From Cupriavidus necator (GTDB lineage: Bacteria > Pseudomonadota > Gammaproteobacteria > Burkholderiales > Burkholderiaceae), in assembly GCF_016127575.1 (NCBI RefSeq), contig NZ_CP066018.1:3870001-3902000 (forward strand): a stretch of DNA of 32,000 nt, in the 5' to 3' direction. The stretch's first letter is position 1; each line of letters opens with the position of its first letter. The notes beneath the pieces are model-generated. The model did not search any database. It saw nothing but the letters and a program-made list of their open reading frames with translations, and was not told where the DNA came from. Below, piece by piece: positions 9,042 through 17,176 of the stretch. A program made the translations under genes and the position numbers.

Positions 9042-9563
9042 ATGAGCGGCGAGCACTTGCAGGTAGTCCATGGCGATATCACCCGGATGGAAGTCGATGC
9101 CATCGTCAACGCGGCCAATAGCGGCCTGTTGGGCGGCGGCGGCGTCGACGGGGCCATCCACGGGGCAGGCGGCTCCGCGATCAAGGAGGCCTGCCGCGCG
9201 ATCCGCGACACGCAGGGCGGCTGCCCCACCGGCGAGGCGGTGATCACTACCGGCGGCCACCTGCCGGCGCCATACGTGATCCACGCGGTCGGGCCGGTCT
9301 GGCAAGGCGGCGACCAGGGCGAGGACGAACTGCTCGCCAACGCCTACCGCAACAGCATCCGGCTGGCGGCGCAGCACCACCTGCGCAGGCTGGCCTTTCC
9401 CAATATCAGCACCGGCATCTACGCCTTCCCGCGCGAGCGCGCGGCGGATATCGCCATCGCCGCGGTGCGCGAGGCGCTGGCCGCGGCGCCGGAGATCGAG
9501 CAGGTCACCTTCGTCTGCTTCGACGACGAGAACTACCGCCTGTACCGCGAGCGCTTGTCCTGA
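9042..9563 (+). CDS. Stand-alone macro-domain protein (O-acetyl-ADP-ribose deacetylase, YmdB-like)
   Basis: ..[37 protein letters not shown].. is the canonical macro-domain signature. The ATG at 9042 is preceded by AGGAGA at 9032-9037. Confidence 0.85.
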   Translation: MSGEHLQVVHGDITRMEVDAIVNAANSGLLGGGGVDGAIHGAGGSAIKEACRAIRDTQGGCPTGEAVITTGGHLPAPYVIHAVGPVWQGGDQGEDELLANAYRNSIRLAAQHHLRRLAFPNISTGIYAFPRERAADIAIAAVREALAAAPEIEQVTFVCFDDENYRLYRERLS

Positions 9564-9567
9564 GACG

Positions 9568-9591
9568 GATCGCGGGGCATGCCCCGCGATC
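9568..9591. terminator. Perfect 24-bp palindrome between convergent genes (bidirectional terminator-like)
   Basis: GATCGCGGGGCATGCCCCGCGATC. It lies between the macro-domain stop (9563) and the porin stop (9605). Confidence 0.5.
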
Positions 9592-9604
9592 TCCACCGCC
9601 TGCG

Positions 9605-10777
9605 TCAGAACTTGTGGCGCAGGCCCACGCGCAACACCGCCTGGCTGTCATCGGCCGACGGACGCACGCCGTTGATCGCGGCCACCGCGCGCTTGCCGGT
9701 GGAATCGATTCCCGAGGCCTTCTGGTAGATCGCCATCGCGTAGACATCGGTGCGCCTGGACAGGCTGTAGTCCGCCCCCAGCACGAACTGCCGGTAGCTG
9801 GCGTCATTGATGCCGCTGCCCCTGGCATAGTCCGCGGCCACGCCCATCAGCAATGCCGGCGTCACCTGGTACTTGAAGCTGACTTCCACATTGTTGAAGG
9901 TCGCGGTGCCGCGATAGCCGAACGGATTCGGGCCGGACGACAGGTCTCCCAGGTCCTTGAAGCGCGTGTTGGAGTACGTGGTCCCGACCGTGGCCGCGCC
10001 GAAGCTGTACGCTGCGCCCGCGGCAAAGACTTCCTGCGAGCGCGCCGACGCGTAGCCCGACTGCACCGGCGAGCCGATATTGGTCAGCGTGTTCAACGGT
10101 GCCGAGCCGGTGGTGTTGGCCGTGACACCGGTGCCGTAGAACGAGGTATTGGGGTTCCTGACGTTCAGGTAGCCGATGCCGAGCAGCAACGGCCCGCTGC
10201 CATAGCCCGCGCCCAGCGACCAGATCTGGTTGCGCGCCGGGCTGCCCGCCACGCCGCCCAGGCTGTAGACCCCGCCAAAACTCAGGCCGCCGTAGTTCTG
10301 GCTGCGGAACTTGATGGCGTTGTTGACCCGGGCGGAGTTGTTCAGGTTGTCGATATCGCCGGGGTGGGCGTTGTAGAAGCCGCCCCATTGCGCGCCGATG
10401 TTGAGCGGACCGACAAAATCCACCACCGAGTCGTACTGGCGGCCCATGGTCACCGTGCCGTAGTTGCCGGACAGGCCGACGTACGCCTGGCGCCCGAATA
10501 TCAGGCCGCCCTGCCCCAGCTTGCCGCTGCTGGCGTCGAAGCCGTTTTCCAGCACGAACAGCGCCTTCATGCCACCGCCCAGGTCCTCACTGCCGCGCAG
10601 GCCGAAGCGGCTGGCCTGGATCACGCCGCTGACCAGGCCAAACTGGTGATGGCCACCGGCGTTGTTGTTGTAGGTCAGGCCTTCATCGACGACGCCATAG
10701 AGGGTCACGCTGCCCTGTGCGCAAGCCATCTGCGCGAATCCGCCGATCAATGCAAAACCTGCAAGCTGCTTTTTCAT
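9605..10777 (-). CDS. Outer-membrane general porin (Gram-negative porin family, Burkholderiales type)
   Basis: MKKQLAGFALIGGFAQMACAQ is a signal peptide, followed by GSVTLYGVVDEGL... The body is Gly/Tyr/Asn-rich beta-strand sequence, and the C-terminus is ..LRVGLRHKF. The ATG at 10777 has GGAGGAAAC upstream. Confidence 0.9.
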   Translation of the reverse strand: MKKQLAGFALIGGFAQMACAQGSVTLYGVVDEGLTYNNNAGGHHQFGLVSGVIQASRFGLRGSEDLGGGMKALFVLENGFDASSGKLGQGGLIFGRQAYVGLSGNYGTVTMGRQYDSVVDFVGPLNIGAQWGGFYNAHPGDIDNLNNSARVNNAIKFRSQNYGGLSFGGVYSLGGVAGSPARNQIWSLGAGYGSGPLLLGIGYLNVRNPNTSFYGTGVTANTTGSAPLNTLTNIGSPVQSGYASARSQEVFAAGAAYSFGAATVGTTYSNTRFKDLGDLSSGPNPFGYRGTATFNNVEVSFKYQVTPALLMGVAADYARGSGINDASYRQFVLGADYSLSRRTDVYAMAIYQKASGIDSTGKRAVAAINGVRPSADDSQAVLRVGLRHKF

Positions 10778-10936
10778 TCTGTTTCCTCCGTCTTTGAATT
10801 TGTTGCCGCACCTGTTGATTCGCGTCCCTCGCATATGCGCCGACTGGGTGCGGGCCCTCCCGGAACTGCCTTCGAAAACCACTGCAACGACACCTGCTGA
10901 GGGATTCCGCCCGCGTTTCGCTGGCGATGGGCGTGA

Positions 10937-10986
10937 CAAAGCCGCTCACGCCGTGAGCACGGCTTTGCGCCGCTGGCGCAAAGCCG
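10937..10986. other. Two overlapping, mutually exclusive GC-rich hairpins in the leuD-like/porin intergenic region
   Basis: Hairpin A spans 10937-10967: 8+5 bp with a 2-nt bulge (CAAAGCCGCTCAC / GTGAG-CA-CGGCTTTG). Hairpin B spans 10960-10986: a 12-bp perfect stem (CGGCTTTGCGCC GCT GGCGCAAAGCCG). Both use 10960-10967. Confidence 0.5.
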
Positions 10987-11095
10987 AACATCCACCCCTG
11001 GAAAAATCAGAACCAAGAACCGCCGCGCGTTTTGAAAACGACGAGACGCAGGCAGGAATGCGCGTCAGGCCGTCCCGCCCGACAGCCGCCGCGCC

Positions 11096-11722
11096 TTAGC
11101 CATCGAAATGGATCCAGGGCCGGCGCAACCGGTCCGCGCCCTGGAACGCGTCGATGCTTGACGCCAGCTTCAGCGTCAGCGCGATCGGGTCCAGCCCTTC
11201 AAGCAGCATCTGCCGCTGCTCGCTGCCCAGCGTGAAGCCGTACCGCGCGCCCGCTGGCGACACCACTTCCAGCTGCCGGAGGTCGACCGTCACCTGCCGC
11301 GTGGCCGGCGCTGCGGCGCAGTCGTCGGCGAGTGCCTGCACCGTTGCCATCGGCAGCACCACCGGAAGCAGGCCGTTGCGCACGCAGTTGTTGTGGAAGA
11401 TGGCACCGAAGCCGGGCGCAACGATGGCGCGGATGCCGAACTCCTTCAGCGCCCACACCGCATGCTCGCGCGAGGAGCCGCAGCCAAAATTGCTTCCGGC
11501 CAGCAGGATCGACGCCCCGGTGTACTCCGGCTGGTTCAGCACGAACAAGGGATCGGGGCTGCGGTCCGTCCCCGCCAGGTAGCGCCAGCCGGCGAACAGG
11601 CCCTCGGCCAGCCCGTGCCTGGAGACGCGCTTCATTTCCCGCGACGGGATGATGGCGTCGGTGTCGATGTTGATGCGCAGCAGCGGCGCGGCCACGCCGC
11701 GATGCATGGTAAACGGCTCCAT
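11096..11722 (-). CDS. Aconitase-family dehydratase, small subunit (LeuD-like). Probably not the leucine-biosynthesis enzyme.
   Basis: It has ..INIDTDAIIPSREM.. and ..AGSNFGCGSSREHA.. LeuD/swivel-domain motifs. AGGAG lies 6 nt upstream of the ATG at 11722. A 1-nt gap separates it from the large-subunit stop. Confidence 0.85.
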   Translation of the reverse strand: MEPFTMHRGVAAPLLRINIDTDAIIPSREMKRVSRHGLAEGLFAGWRYLAGTDRSPDPLFVLNQPEYTGASILLAGSNFGCGSSREHAVWALKEFGIRAIVAPGFGAIFHNNCVRNGLLPVVLPMATVQALADDCAAAPATRQVTVDLRQLEVVSPAGARYGFTLGSEQRQMLLEGLDPIALTLKLASSIDAFQGADRLRRPWIHFDG

Positions 11723-11723
11723 C

Positions 11724-13145
11724 TCAGGCTCCTGGCGGCCGGCGCGGGTCGGCGATGCGCCCCAGCACGGCCGATGCCGCCACCGTGGCCGGGCCGGCAA
11801 GGTGGGTGCGGGTCTGCGGGCCCTGGCGGCTTTCAAAATTGCGGTTGGTGCTGCTGATCACGCGCTGCCGGTGGCCGAAGCTTTCGCCGCCGGCGTAGAA
11901 GCACATCGAGCAACCCGATTCACGCCACTCGAATCCCGCTTCACGGAACACGCGATCCAGCCCTTCGGCCTCGGCGGCGCGCTTGACGGCGCTGGAAACC
12001 GGCACGCAGATGGCCGTCACGCCGGGCGCCACCTTACGCCCGGCCAGCACACCGGCCGCGCTGCGCAGGTCCGACAGCCGGCTGTTGGTGCAGGAGCCGA
12101 TAAATGCGGCATCGATGGCGATGTCCGCCATCCGCTGCCCGGGACGCAGGTCCATGTAGGACAGTGCGCGCTCCATGGCCTGGCGCGTATCGGCATCGAT
12201 CGCCATGGCGGGGTTGGGCACGGCGCCGTCGACGGCCACGCCGTGCTGCGGGCTGGTGCCCCAGGTCACCATCGGCGCCAGCTGCCTGCAATCCACCGAC
12301 AGCTCGCGGTCGAACACGGCGTCGGCGTCGCTGTACAGGCTGCGCCAGTGCCACAGCGCTGGTTCCCACTGCGCACCGGCGGGCGCATACGGCCGGCCGG
12401 CGAGGTATTCGAAGACCGTGTCGTCGGGCGCGACAATGCCCGAGAACGCCGAGAACTCCACCGCCAGGTTGCACAGCGTCAGGCGCGCCTCGACCGGCAG
12501 GCTGCGCACCGCGCTGCCGCCGAATTCGAGCATATGGCCGCCGGCGCCCGCCGCCGAGTAGCGTGCGATCAGCCACAGCATCAGGTCCTTGGCGCCGACG
12601 CCCGCTGGCAGCGCGCCGTCGAACGACACCCGCATGGTGCGCGGCCGCGTCACGCGCAGCGTCTGCGTCGCCAGCGCATGTTCCGCCTCGGACGAGCCGA
12701 TGCCCCAGGCCAGCGCGCCCAGGCCGCCCTGCGTGCAGGTATGGCTGTCGGGACAGACCACGGTGGTGCCGGGCAAGGCAATGCCCTGTTCCGGCGACAC
12801 CACATGGACGATGCCCTGGCCGGGATCGCCGATATCGAACAGCCGGATGGCCTCGCGCCTGGCGCTGTCGCGCGTGCTGGTGATAAAGGCCTCGCCGCCC
12901 GGCATCAGCGTGCTGTCGTTGCGCCCGGGCCGCGTATCGACGATATGGTCCATGGTGCAGAACGCCAGCGCCGGCGCGCGCACGCGCCGCCCGGCCGCGC
13001 GCAGCGAGCTCAGCGCGATGCTGCCGGTGCGCTCGTGCAGGAAGACGCGGTCTATATGCAGCAGGCTGGCGCCGTCCAGTTCGGCAATGGCATGCGCCTG
13101 CCAAATCTTGTCGAACAGGGTCCGGCCCTGGGACATGGCGCTCAT
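11724..13145 (-). CDS. Aconitase-family dehydratase, large subunit (LeuC-like, 4Fe-4S)
   Basis: 473-aa ORF with ..LHIDRVFLHERTG.., ..FIGSCTNSR.. and ..GCSMCFY.. (putative cluster Cys ligands). The ATG at 13145 overlaps the upstream stop (ATGA). Confidence 0.85.
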   Translation of the reverse strand: MSAMSQGRTLFDKIWQAHAIAELDGASLLHIDRVFLHERTGSIALSSLRAAGRRVRAPALAFCTMDHIVDTRPGRNDSTLMPGGEAFITSTRDSARREAIRLFDIGDPGQGIVHVVSPEQGIALPGTTVVCPDSHTCTQGGLGALAWGIGSSEAEHALATQTLRVTRPRTMRVSFDGALPAGVGAKDLMLWLIARYSAAGAGGHMLEFGGSAVRSLPVEARLTLCNLAVEFSAFSGIVAPDDTVFEYLAGRPYAPAGAQWEPALWHWRSLYSDADAVFDRELSVDCRQLAPMVTWGTSPQHGVAVDGAVPNPAMAIDADTRQAMERALSYMDLRPGQRMADIAIDAAFIGSCTNSRLSDLRSAAGVLAGRKVAPGVTAICVPVSSAVKRAAEAEGLDRVFREAGFEWRESGCSMCFYAGGESFGHRQRVISSTNRNFESRQGPQTRTHLAGPATVAASAVLGRIADPRRPPGA

Positions 13146-14332
13146 CGCTGCGCTCCGATCGCGCGCTCACTCTCCAGCGTGTCGATGGCGTCGCCGCTCA
13201 TGCCCGCGGCCAGCAGTGCCGTGCGCGAATGCTCGCCGGCGCGCGGCAGGTCGCGGTAGACGTCGAAGCGCCGCCCGTCCATCGCAATCGGCAGCGCCGG
13301 CAGCCGCACCTGCTGGCCCGAGGGCAGCGTCACCGGCACCAGCCCGCCGCCCGCGTTCAGGTGCGGATCGTCGAACAGGTCTTCGGGCCGGGAAATCGGC
13401 GCGAACGGCAGGCCACACGCTTCCAGCTTCGCCATCAGTTCCTGCTTGCCGAAGCTGCGGAACATCGGCGCCAGCGCGCCCAGCACGCGCGGCCGCTGCC
13501 GCACGCGTCCGTCGTTGCGGTCCAGGGTGGGGTCGCCGATGAAGTCGGCCAGTGCAAACGCCTCGCAGAACTTGCGCCACTGCGTGTCGCTGACGATGCC
13601 GACAAAGACCGGGGCGCCTTCCATGGTCTCGAAGGTGTCATAAACCCCCCACGCCGAACTGCGCACCGTCATCGGCGGAGCGGGCGTGCCCGTCACGGCC
13701 TGCTGTGCCATGTGCTGGCCGACCAGGAAGGCCGTGGTCTCGAACAGCGAGCTGCACACATGCTGCCCGCGTCCGGTCCGGTGCCGTTCCTGCAGCGCGC
13801 CGAGAATGGCGATCACGCCGAACATCGCGCCGGTGACGTCGATCACCGAGGCGCCGGCGCGCATCGGCTTGCCCGGCAGGCCCGTCATATAGGCCAGCCC
13901 GCCCATCATCTGGGTGACTTCGTCCAGTGCCACGCGCCGGTCGTAGGGGCCGGCAAGAAAGCCCTTGGCCGAGCAGTAGATCAGGCCGGGGTTGTGCGCC
14001 GCCAGCACGCCGTAGCCGAAGCCGTTCTCGTCCATCGCCCCGGCACGGAAGTTCTCGATCACCACGTCGGCGCTGTCCACCAGCCTGCGCACGGCGTCCC
14101 TGCCCGCTGCCGACTTCAGGTCCGCGCACAGGCTCTGCTTGTTGCGGTTGTACATGGCGAAGTAGCCCGCGCCCGAGCCCCCCAGCCGGCGCGTGTTGTC
14201 GCCGCCGGGCGGCTCGACCTTGGTCACCTCCGCGCCCATGTCGGCGAGGATCATGCCGATCGCCGGCCCCATCACCATGTGGGTGAATTCGACTACCTTC
14301 AGGCCAACCAGCGGCCTTTCCATTGTTGTCAT
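13142..14332 (-). CDS. Type III (CaiB/BaiF/Frc family) acyl-CoA transferase
   Basis: It has ..LKVVEFTHMVMGPAIGMILADMGAEVTKVEPP.. and ..ALDEVTQMMGGLAYMTG.. (region of the catalytic Asp). AGGAG lies upstream. Confidence 0.85.
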   Translation of the reverse strand: MTTMERPLVGLKVVEFTHMVMGPAIGMILADMGAEVTKVEPPGGDNTRRLGGSGAGYFAMYNRNKQSLCADLKSAAGRDAVRRLVDSADVVIENFRAGAMDENGFGYGVLAAHNPGLIYCSAKGFLAGPYDRRVALDEVTQMMGGLAYMTGLPGKPMRAGASVIDVTGAMFGVIAILGALQERHRTGRGQHVCSSLFETTAFLVGQHMAQQAVTGTPAPPMTVRSSAWGVYDTFETMEGAPVFVGIVSDTQWRKFCEAFALADFIGDPTLDRNDGRVRQRPRVLGALAPMFRSFGKQELMAKLEACGLPFAPISRPEDLFDDPHLNAGGGLVPVTLPSGQQVRLPALPIAMDGRRFDVYRDLPRAGEHSRTALLAAGMSGDAIDTLESERAIGAQR

Positions 14333-14348
14333 CCGTCGCTCCTGCTGA

Positions 14349-15308
14349 TCATTGCCACGCCGCCAGGACGGCAGGCACGAAGCCCTTGGGCAGGCCGGCC
14401 TCCGGCGTGTGCCCGTAAAGCGGTTCGTCCGCCAGGTTGGCCCTGACGATGTCGCGCACGCGGAACAGCGCCTCCAGGTCGATGCCGGTGCGCAGCCCCA
14501 TCGACTCGAGCAGGAACACCAGGTCCTCCGTCACCACATTGCCGCTCGCGCCGGGCGCGAACGGACAGCCGCCGAGCCCGCCCAGCGAGGCATCGACCGT
14601 GGTCAGGCCCACGTCGATCGCCGCCAGCACATTGGCCAGCCCCTGCCCGCGCGTGTTGTGCAGGTGGATGCCGCTCAGGTGCTGCTGCCCGATCGCGCGC
14701 CATACCGCCAGCGTCAGGCTGCGCACCTGGCGCGGATTGCCGTAGCCGGTGGTGTCGGACAAGCCGACTTCGTCGCAGCCCGCGTCCATCAGCGCTTCGG
14801 CCAGCCCGACCACGCGCGCCTCGGCGACCGGGCCTTCCAGCGTGCAGCCGAATGCGGTCGACAGCCCCGCCTCGAAGCGCGGCCGCGCATGGGCCGGCAA
14901 GGCGCGGATGCGTTCGGCAATGCGCCGGACCTCGCGCAGCATCTGCTCATGGGTGCGGTTGACGTTGCGCAGGCTGTGCGTCTCGCTGACCGACACCGGG
15001 ATGGTGAGCTTGTGCACGCCGGCGCCGATGGCGCGCTCGGCGCCCACGTAGTTGGGCACCAGTGCCGCCACCGTGAGCCCGCCGATGCCGAGCGCGTGCG
15101 CCACCACCTCGGCCGTGTCCGCCATCTGCGGCAGCACCGTGGCCGGAACGAACGAGCCGACCTCGATCTCGCGCACGCCGGCGGCGGCTTCCGCGCTGAT
15201 CCAGGCCTTCTTGGCCGCGGTCGCCATCACGCGCCGGGTCATCTGCAGGCCGTCGCGCGGGCCGACTTCGCTGACCAGTACGTCGATGTTCTGCATGTTT
15301 GCTGTCAT
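14349..15308 (-). CDS. HMG-CoA-lyase-family (HMGL-like) hydroxyacyl-CoA lyase
   Basis: It has ..EVGPRDGLQ.., ..HLHNTRGQGLAN.. and ..GGLGGCPFAPGASGNV.. motifs of the HMGL family. The ATG at 15308 overlaps the upstream stop (ATGA). Confidence 0.85.
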   Translation of the reverse strand: MTANMQNIDVLVSEVGPRDGLQMTRRVMATAAKKAWISAEAAAGVREIEVGSFVPATVLPQMADTAEVVAHALGIGGLTVAALVPNYVGAERAIGAGVHKLTIPVSVSETHSLRNVNRTHEQMLREVRRIAERIRALPAHARPRFEAGLSTAFGCTLEGPVAEARVVGLAEALMDAGCDEVGLSDTTGYGNPRQVRSLTLAVWRAIGQQHLSGIHLHNTRGQGLANVLAAIDVGLTTVDASLGGLGGCPFAPGASGNVVTEDLVFLLESMGLRTGIDLEALFRVRDIVRANLADEPLYGHTPEAGLPKGFVPAVLAAWQ

Positions 15309-16249
15309 GGGTTTTCCTGTGGTTGGGAATCCTGTGCCGCGAACGCCGCGAGAATCTCGCCCGCGCCCGCGCTCCAGACTTCAGGTCTTGCCATCACGTA
15401 TTCGAGCGCGGCTTCCAGGTAGCGGATCCGGTGCGGCTGCCCCAGCACCCACGGGTGCACGGACAGCGCGAGGATGCGCCCGCCCTGTTCGCGCGCTTCG
15501 TCGAGCAGCAGGTCGCAGGCGTCTTTCACCTGCCGCGCCCACGATGCTTCCGGGTGCAGGTTCTCCATCAGCACGAAGCGGTCCTCCAGCTCGGTCGACA
15601 GCGGCATCGCCCACAACTTGCCGTGGCGCGTGCGGAACGGGTAAGGCATGTCGTCGTTGACCCAGTCGCACAGGTACTCGATGCCGTTGGCGCGCAGCAG
15701 CTCCGGCGTATTGGCGCTCTGCAGCTTGCCGGGGCTGAGCCAGCCGCGGACGTCTTGCCCGCTGAGCGTACGCAGCCGGTCCAGCGAACGCCGGACGACT
15801 TCCGCCTCGACGGCTTCATCCAGGCCGCCGGCGTGTGCGGTGTCCATGCTCCATGAATGGCCGATGATCTCGTCGCCGCGCTCGCTCACCGTGGCGAGCA
15901 GCGACGGATACAGCTCGGCCAGCCGCGCATTGATGGCAAAGGTCGGGCGCACGCCGTAGCGGTCGAAGCCGCGCAGCATCCGGTGGATGCCGATGCGGTT
16001 GCCGTAGTCGCGCAGCGTGTAGTGGCGCAGGTCCGGATACGGCATGGTCATGTTGCCCGGCACCGCCACCGGTTTGCCGGTCGGGTTCAGCGGGAAGAAC
16101 TGCAGGCTGACGTTGACCCACAGGGCCAGCGTCTTGCCGCCTGGCCAGCGCACCGGCGCGCGGCTTGCCAGCATCGACCAGTCATAGCGGTCGTGGTCCA
16201 TGCCGGCGCGGCGGTGCGGGTATTGCGGGGCTTGATGGTCGCGTGGCAT
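15305..16249 (-). CDS. CE4/polysaccharide-deacetylase-like hydrolase, paralog B (cytoplasmic, probable small-molecule amidohydrolase)
   Basis: It contains ..VRWPGGKTLALWVNVSLQFF.., ..LRDYGNRIGIHR.., ..IIGHSW.. and ..LEAALEYV... GGAGGG lies 7 nt upstream of the ATG at 16249, which overlaps the upstream stop (TGATG). An alternative ATG at 16201 lacks an SD. No signal peptide. Confidence 0.75.
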   Translation of the reverse strand: MPRDHQAPQYPHRRAGMDHDRYDWSMLASRAPVRWPGGKTLALWVNVSLQFFPLNPTGKPVAVPGNMTMPYPDLRHYTLRDYGNRIGIHRMLRGFDRYGVRPTFAINARLAELYPSLLATVSERGDEIIGHSWSMDTAHAGGLDEAVEAEVVRRSLDRLRTLSGQDVRGWLSPGKLQSANTPELLRANGIEYLCDWVNDDMPYPFRTRHGKLWAMPLSTELEDRFVLMENLHPEASWARQVKDACDLLLDEAREQGGRILALSVHPWVLGQPHRIRYLEAALEYVMARPEVWSAGAGEILAAFAAQDSQPQENP

Positions 16250-17175
16250 CAGCACGCCCTCCGCACCGGGTTGGCTGCGGCAATCGCAGCCGCGGCCGTG
16301 TCGTAGCAATGTTCGAGGTAGTAATCGGCGATCTCGCGGCCGGTGGTGACCCAGACATCCGCGTGGCCAGTGATGTATTCCAGCGCTTCCTCGAAGGCGC
16401 GCAGCCGGTGCGGGCAGCTGACCTGGTAGTTATGGGTCGGGATGCACATCACGGTGCCGGACTCGGCCCCTTCCGCATAGAGCCGGTCGAAGCAGTCCTT
16501 CAGCATCTGCCCGTAGCGGCGCGGCTCGGCCTTGTTCACCACGTAGGCGATGGTGTCGTTCATCTCCAGCGAGTACGGCAGCGAGATAAAGCGCTGGCCG
16601 CCGCGCACGCGCACCGGCGTGGGCTGGTCGTCATGGAACAGGTCGCAGGTATAGCGGCCGCCCAGTTCGGCGAACAAGTCCAGAGTCGATTCGCTGTGCG
16701 ACAGCGCTGGCGCCAGGTAGCCGGCCGGCTTGCTGCCGGTGCAGTCCTCGATGATCTGCATCGACTCGCGGATCATCTCGCGCTCCTGTTCCTCGGACAT
16801 GCCGTAGGTGTAGCGCGTGTTGTAGATGCCGTGCGAGAAGAACTCCCACTCGCGCTCCATGCACATCGCCACGATCTCGGGGTGATGCACGCACAGCGCC
16901 GCCGACAGCGACACCGAGCCGCGGATGCCGTACTTGTCCAGCAGCCGCATCTGGCGCTGATGGCCGACGCGGTTGCCGTAGTCGCGGATCGAGTAGCCCG
17001 GCACCGCGGGGTACGGATGGGGCCATGCGCGCCGGTGCGGATTGCCTGGCGGGTCGAGTTCGTAGAACTCGATGTTGGGCGCGACCCAGAAGGCCAGCCG
17101 TGCCCCGCCCGGCCAGCTGATCCTGGGGCGGTCCTGGTAGGGCCAGTAGTCGTAGTAGCCGGGGCTTTCACGCAT
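16249..17175 (-). CDS. CE4/polysaccharide-deacetylase-like hydrolase, paralog A
   Basis: It contains ..ISWPGGARLAFWVAPNIEFYE.., ..IRDYGNRVGHQR.., ..FFSHGIY.. and ..FEEALEYI... The ATG at 17175 has an AAGGGGGA SD and lies 1 nt after the upstream stop. No signal peptide. Confidence 0.75.
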   Translation of the reverse strand: MRESPGYYDYWPYQDRPRISWPGGARLAFWVAPNIEFYELDPPGNPHRRAWPHPYPAVPGYSIRDYGNRVGHQRQMRLLDKYGIRGSVSLSAALCVHHPEIVAMCMEREWEFFSHGIYNTRYTYGMSEEQEREMIRESMQIIEDCTGSKPAGYLAPALSHSESTLDLFAELGGRYTCDLFHDDQPTPVRVRGGQRFISLPYSLEMNDTIAYVVNKAEPRRYGQMLKDCFDRLYAEGAESGTVMCIPTHNYQVSCPHRLRAFEEALEYITGHADVWVTTGREIADYYLEHCYDTAAAAIAAANPVRRAC

Positions 17176-17176
17176 G

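Noticed and set aside
9042-9563. The macro-domain protein as part of a defence or toxin-antitoxin system (DarTG-like), or as a sirtuin-linked module.
   Set aside because: It is a ~173-aa stand-alone YmdB-like macro domain. No DarT-like, ADP-ribosyltransferase or sirtuin gene is adjacent. Its neighbours are an alcohol dehydrogenase and a porin, so it is most simply a housekeeping O-acetyl-ADP-ribose deacetylase.
11021-11045. The near-palindrome GCGCGTTTTGAAAACGACG downstream of the leuD-like stop, considered as a terminator or operator.
   Set aside because: Only 6 bp pair (CGTTTT/AAAACG), with a 1-nt centre. That is too short for a stable hairpin, and nothing else supports a binding site.
11096-13145. 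Annotating the aconitase-family pair as leuC/leuD of leucine biosynthesis.
   Set aside because: No leuA or leuB is adjacent. The genes are translationally coupled to a CoA-transferase and an HMGL-like lyase inside a GntR-controlled transporter/hydrolase operon. This points to a catabolic hydratase paralog.
15305-17175. Treating the two 'polysaccharide deacetylase' ORFs as cell-wall or exopolysaccharide-modifying enzymes.
   Set aside because: They have no signal peptides or membrane anchors, and no glycosyltransferase or export genes are nearby. Their start codons overlap or abut the stop codons of cytoplasmic catabolic genes, and by eye they lack the canonical TFDDG motif.
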